Below the pieces are notes generated by a model. The model saw nothing but the letters and a program-made list of their open reading frames with translations, did not search any database and was not told where the DNA came from. The position numbers and the translations under genes are program-made. Shown piece after piece: positions 61,915-64,000 of a stretch of 64,000 nucleotides of DNA (its first letter is position 1; each line of letters begins with the position of its first letter). Source of the stretch: Klebsiella pneumoniae. GTDB taxonomy: Bacteria; Myxococcota_A; UBA9042. The DNA lies in the NCBI GenBank assembly GCA_945889325.1, contig CAMDBH010000001.1, forward strand, positions 27,096 to 91,095. The letters run 5' to 3'.

Positions 61915-63813
61915 ATGTTCGCACGTTCGACCCAAAATGTTCTGTCATTTGTTGCCGTTGTCGCATTGGCCGTAGTCGCCGCATGCGGCAGCGCAACCCC
62001 GTCAGGCACCGGCGGCGGTACGGCGTGCAAAACCAACAACGATTGCGATTCTGGGCAGTATTGCGATGCCGGCACGCTGCTGTGCACAACCAAGCAATGC
62101 GACGACGCCGCAGGCAAGAAGTGCGAGAATGGCAAAAAATGCCAATTGTTTCAGTGCGTAGCGTTGACACAAACCGATGCTGGCACGACAGATTCGGTCA
62201 GCGACAGCGTAAGCACCGACGGCAGCAATCCGGTGGCGGACGTGCCGCCTGGAACGGACGCGCCAGTTGCGGTCGACAACGGCCCACCGGCCGACACGGG
62301 CCCAGCGCCCAAAGATCTTTCCTGCGGCGCGTGCAGCGCCGACGCTGACTGCAAGGACGCCGCCTATCAATGCATTACGCTGTTGTCTGGCAAGTTCTGC
62401 GGCAAAAAGTGTGCAGGGCCTGCAGATTGCGCGGCGGGTTACAAATGCGACAACGCCAGTTCGGATCCCAAAAATACCCAGAAAAATTGCGTATTGCCCA
62501 GTTTTGACTGCGGCGGTTGCGCGGCGGCTGGTTGCGGCGCGGGACAAAAATGCAATTTGAAGGCCAATCCGCCGGTCTGCGCCGACGTCAAAGCCGTGTG
62601 CGATGAATGCGTGCAAGACGCCAACTGCGACGCGGGTTTGCGCTGCGTGAAAATGGGCGACAAGAAGATTTGTGCCCCCGACTGCTCGGCTGGCCAAGCT
62701 TGCCCTGACAAAAGCAGCTGCCAAGCGTTCGTCGTCGGCAAGGTTTGCGCTTTTGCTGCGGCGGCCTGCTGTTATGGCGCAAGCTGCACCGTGGACACCA
62801 AGTGCGCCGCGTGCCCCGACAAATGCGTGGCCGGCCTTTGCGTCGAATGCAACAAGGACGCGGATTGCAAGGCTGGAACTTGCAACGTCAATACCCACAC
62901 CTGCATTGTGGACAGCGCGTGCCCGGCCGACAAGCCGATCAAATTGGCCTCGACCAAACAGTGCGTCGAATGCAGCAACGACACCCATTGCGCTTCCAAG
63001 CCCAACAACAAGAACAAATGCAACGCGGTAACCAACGTTTGCGAAGCGGCCAGCGCCAACAACGAATGCGCCCCGTGCGCCGGCACAGCGTTCCCCGGCT
63101 GCGTGCAACTCAACGGCGTTTGGACTTGCGTTGAATGCATCACCGACAACGATTGCGACGCGAAAAAAGCGGGCACTTGTTCAGGCACGACCTATAGTTG
63201 CAGTGGATCGATCGGGCCAGGCACCGGACCCGCAAAAGGCAGCTGTAAGGTCGACGGCGATTGCGCCAACGGGCCAAACACCACGTTCGTGCTGGCCTGC
63301 GACGCGCCGACGGGCTTGTGTTTCGACAAGGAAGGTCACTGCGACAATGTCGTGGCATTCTGCAATGCTGGCAAAGGTTCCAGCTGCGTGGACGCCGCGG
63401 GTTTGGGCCTGCCGCCGGGTCTGCCGGGCCTGCCCGGCGGTGGTGGCGCGGGCGGCGCGCTCAAAGCCTGTTCGTGCCCGCTCACACCTGCGGGAGCCGG
63501 CGGGGGCGTCAGTCCTGCCTGCAAGGCCCTTGAGGCGATTCTGCCCAATCTGAAGAATTGTGATTGCGCCAAAGATCCCAAAAGTCCGGACTGTCAGGCC
63601 CCCCTGATCGGCGCCTGCTGCGGCGGCGGCGGCGCCGGCGGCATCGGCGATTTGCTCGGTATGTTGGCGTGCTTACAGCCCAAACCCAATCCGGTAGAAG
63701 CCTGCTTCGGCGGAAATTGCACCGATAGCGGTTGCTTGACCTCCATGATGGGCGGCGGTCAAAACAAGGCCACGGGCGAGGGATCTTGCGCCAAGGGCGG
63801 CATCGGCCCTTAA
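61915..63813 (+). CDS. Large Cys-rich lipoprotein
   Basis: GGAGG before ATG 61915, lipobox VAAC, repeated C..D.DC and CVEC..D..C modules, and a Gly-rich C-terminus. Confidence 0.8.
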   Translation: MFARSTQNVLSFVAVVALAVVAACGSATPSGTGGGTACKTNNDCDSGQYCDAGTLLCTTKQCDDAAGKKCENGKKCQLFQCVALTQTDAGTTDSVSDSVSTDGSNPVADVPPGTDAPVAVDNGPPADTGPAPKDLSCGACSADADCKDAAYQCITLLSGKFCGKKCAGPADCAAGYKCDNASSDPKNTQKNCVLPSFDCGGCAAAGCGAGQKCNLKANPPVCADVKAVCDECVQDANCDAGLRCVKMGDKKICAPDCSAGQACPDKSSCQAFVVGKVCAFAAAACCYGASCTVDTKCAACPDKCVAGLCVECNKDADCKAGTCNVNTHTCIVDSACPADKPIKLASTKQCVECSNDTHCASKPNNKNKCNAVTNVCEAASANNECAPCAGTAFPGCVQLNGVWTCVECITDNDCDAKKAGTCSGTTYSCSGSIGPGTGPAKGSCKVDGDCANGPNTTFVLACDAPTGLCFDKEGHCDNVVAFCNAGKGSSCVDAAGLGLPPGLPGLPGGGGAGGALKACSCPLTPAGAGGGVSPACKALEAILPNLKNCDCAKDPKSPDCQAPLIGACCGGGGAGGIGDLLGMLACLQPKPNPVEACFGGNCTDSGCLTSMMGGGQNKATGEGSCAKGGIGP

Positions 63814-63822
63814 CGCCTTCAT

Positions 63823-63862
63823 GCTCAGTGGCTGTGAAATATCCATTTCACAGCCTCTGAGC
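63823..63862. repeat. 40-bp palindromic dispersed repeat, copy 2
   Basis: gctcagtggctgtgaaat-atcc-atttcacagcctctgagc. The arms differ from copy 1 at one base and the loop differs. Confidence 0.9.
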
Positions 63863-64000
63863 AGGGAGCGCCTTCGCCACCACCGGTTTGCCATGCACCG
63901 GGCCTTTTGAGGCCGATTTGCCGTGCAACTTCAGCGCGATCTTACTGCCTTGCTTGCCGTGCGCGGAACGAGCCACGACCGCTGCGTGCTTGCCCGATTT

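Noticed and set aside
63673-63894. 73-aa minus-strand ORF
   Set aside because: It overlaps the lipoprotein 3' end and reads through the 40-bp palindrome. No coding evidence.

Overview
GC-rich bacterial core-genome segment. A Myxococcota/deltaproteobacterial origin is inferred from the Cys-rich lipoproteins with acidic linkers, the multi-domain DsbA and the divergent Upp. The left part (1-28.9 kb) carries housekeeping and envelope genes: lipB, yacG, an FtsX-type permease, a triple DsbA, an M1 peptidase, a serine hydrolase, hemW, maf-yggS-upp-hpt, polA, mce and mlaF/mlaD. The centre (29.7-48.5 kb) is a str-S10-spc-alpha ribosomal cluster that lacks tuf, rplC (L3), rpmD (L30) and map at their usual positions. 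It has unusually long, hairpin-rich spacers and a roughly 500-nt strongly base-paired leader upstream of rpsL. The right part carries an atypical response regulator, lnt, rluB, wecB and a MacB/LolCDE-type ABC system with a Cys-rich insert. It also has a minus-strand trio centred on an AttH/CrtC-like beta-barrel domain fused to a type-III-like trans-prenyltransferase, the best candidate for an undescribed isoprenoid system. Several miniature mobile or palindromic elements occur with no transposase in the window. These include a 192-bp MITE with a 9-bp target duplication inserted in frame into a signal peptide, a 123-bp MITE between convergent stop codons, and a 40-bp palindrome present twice. 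All family assignments come from motif recognition by eye, not from database searches.
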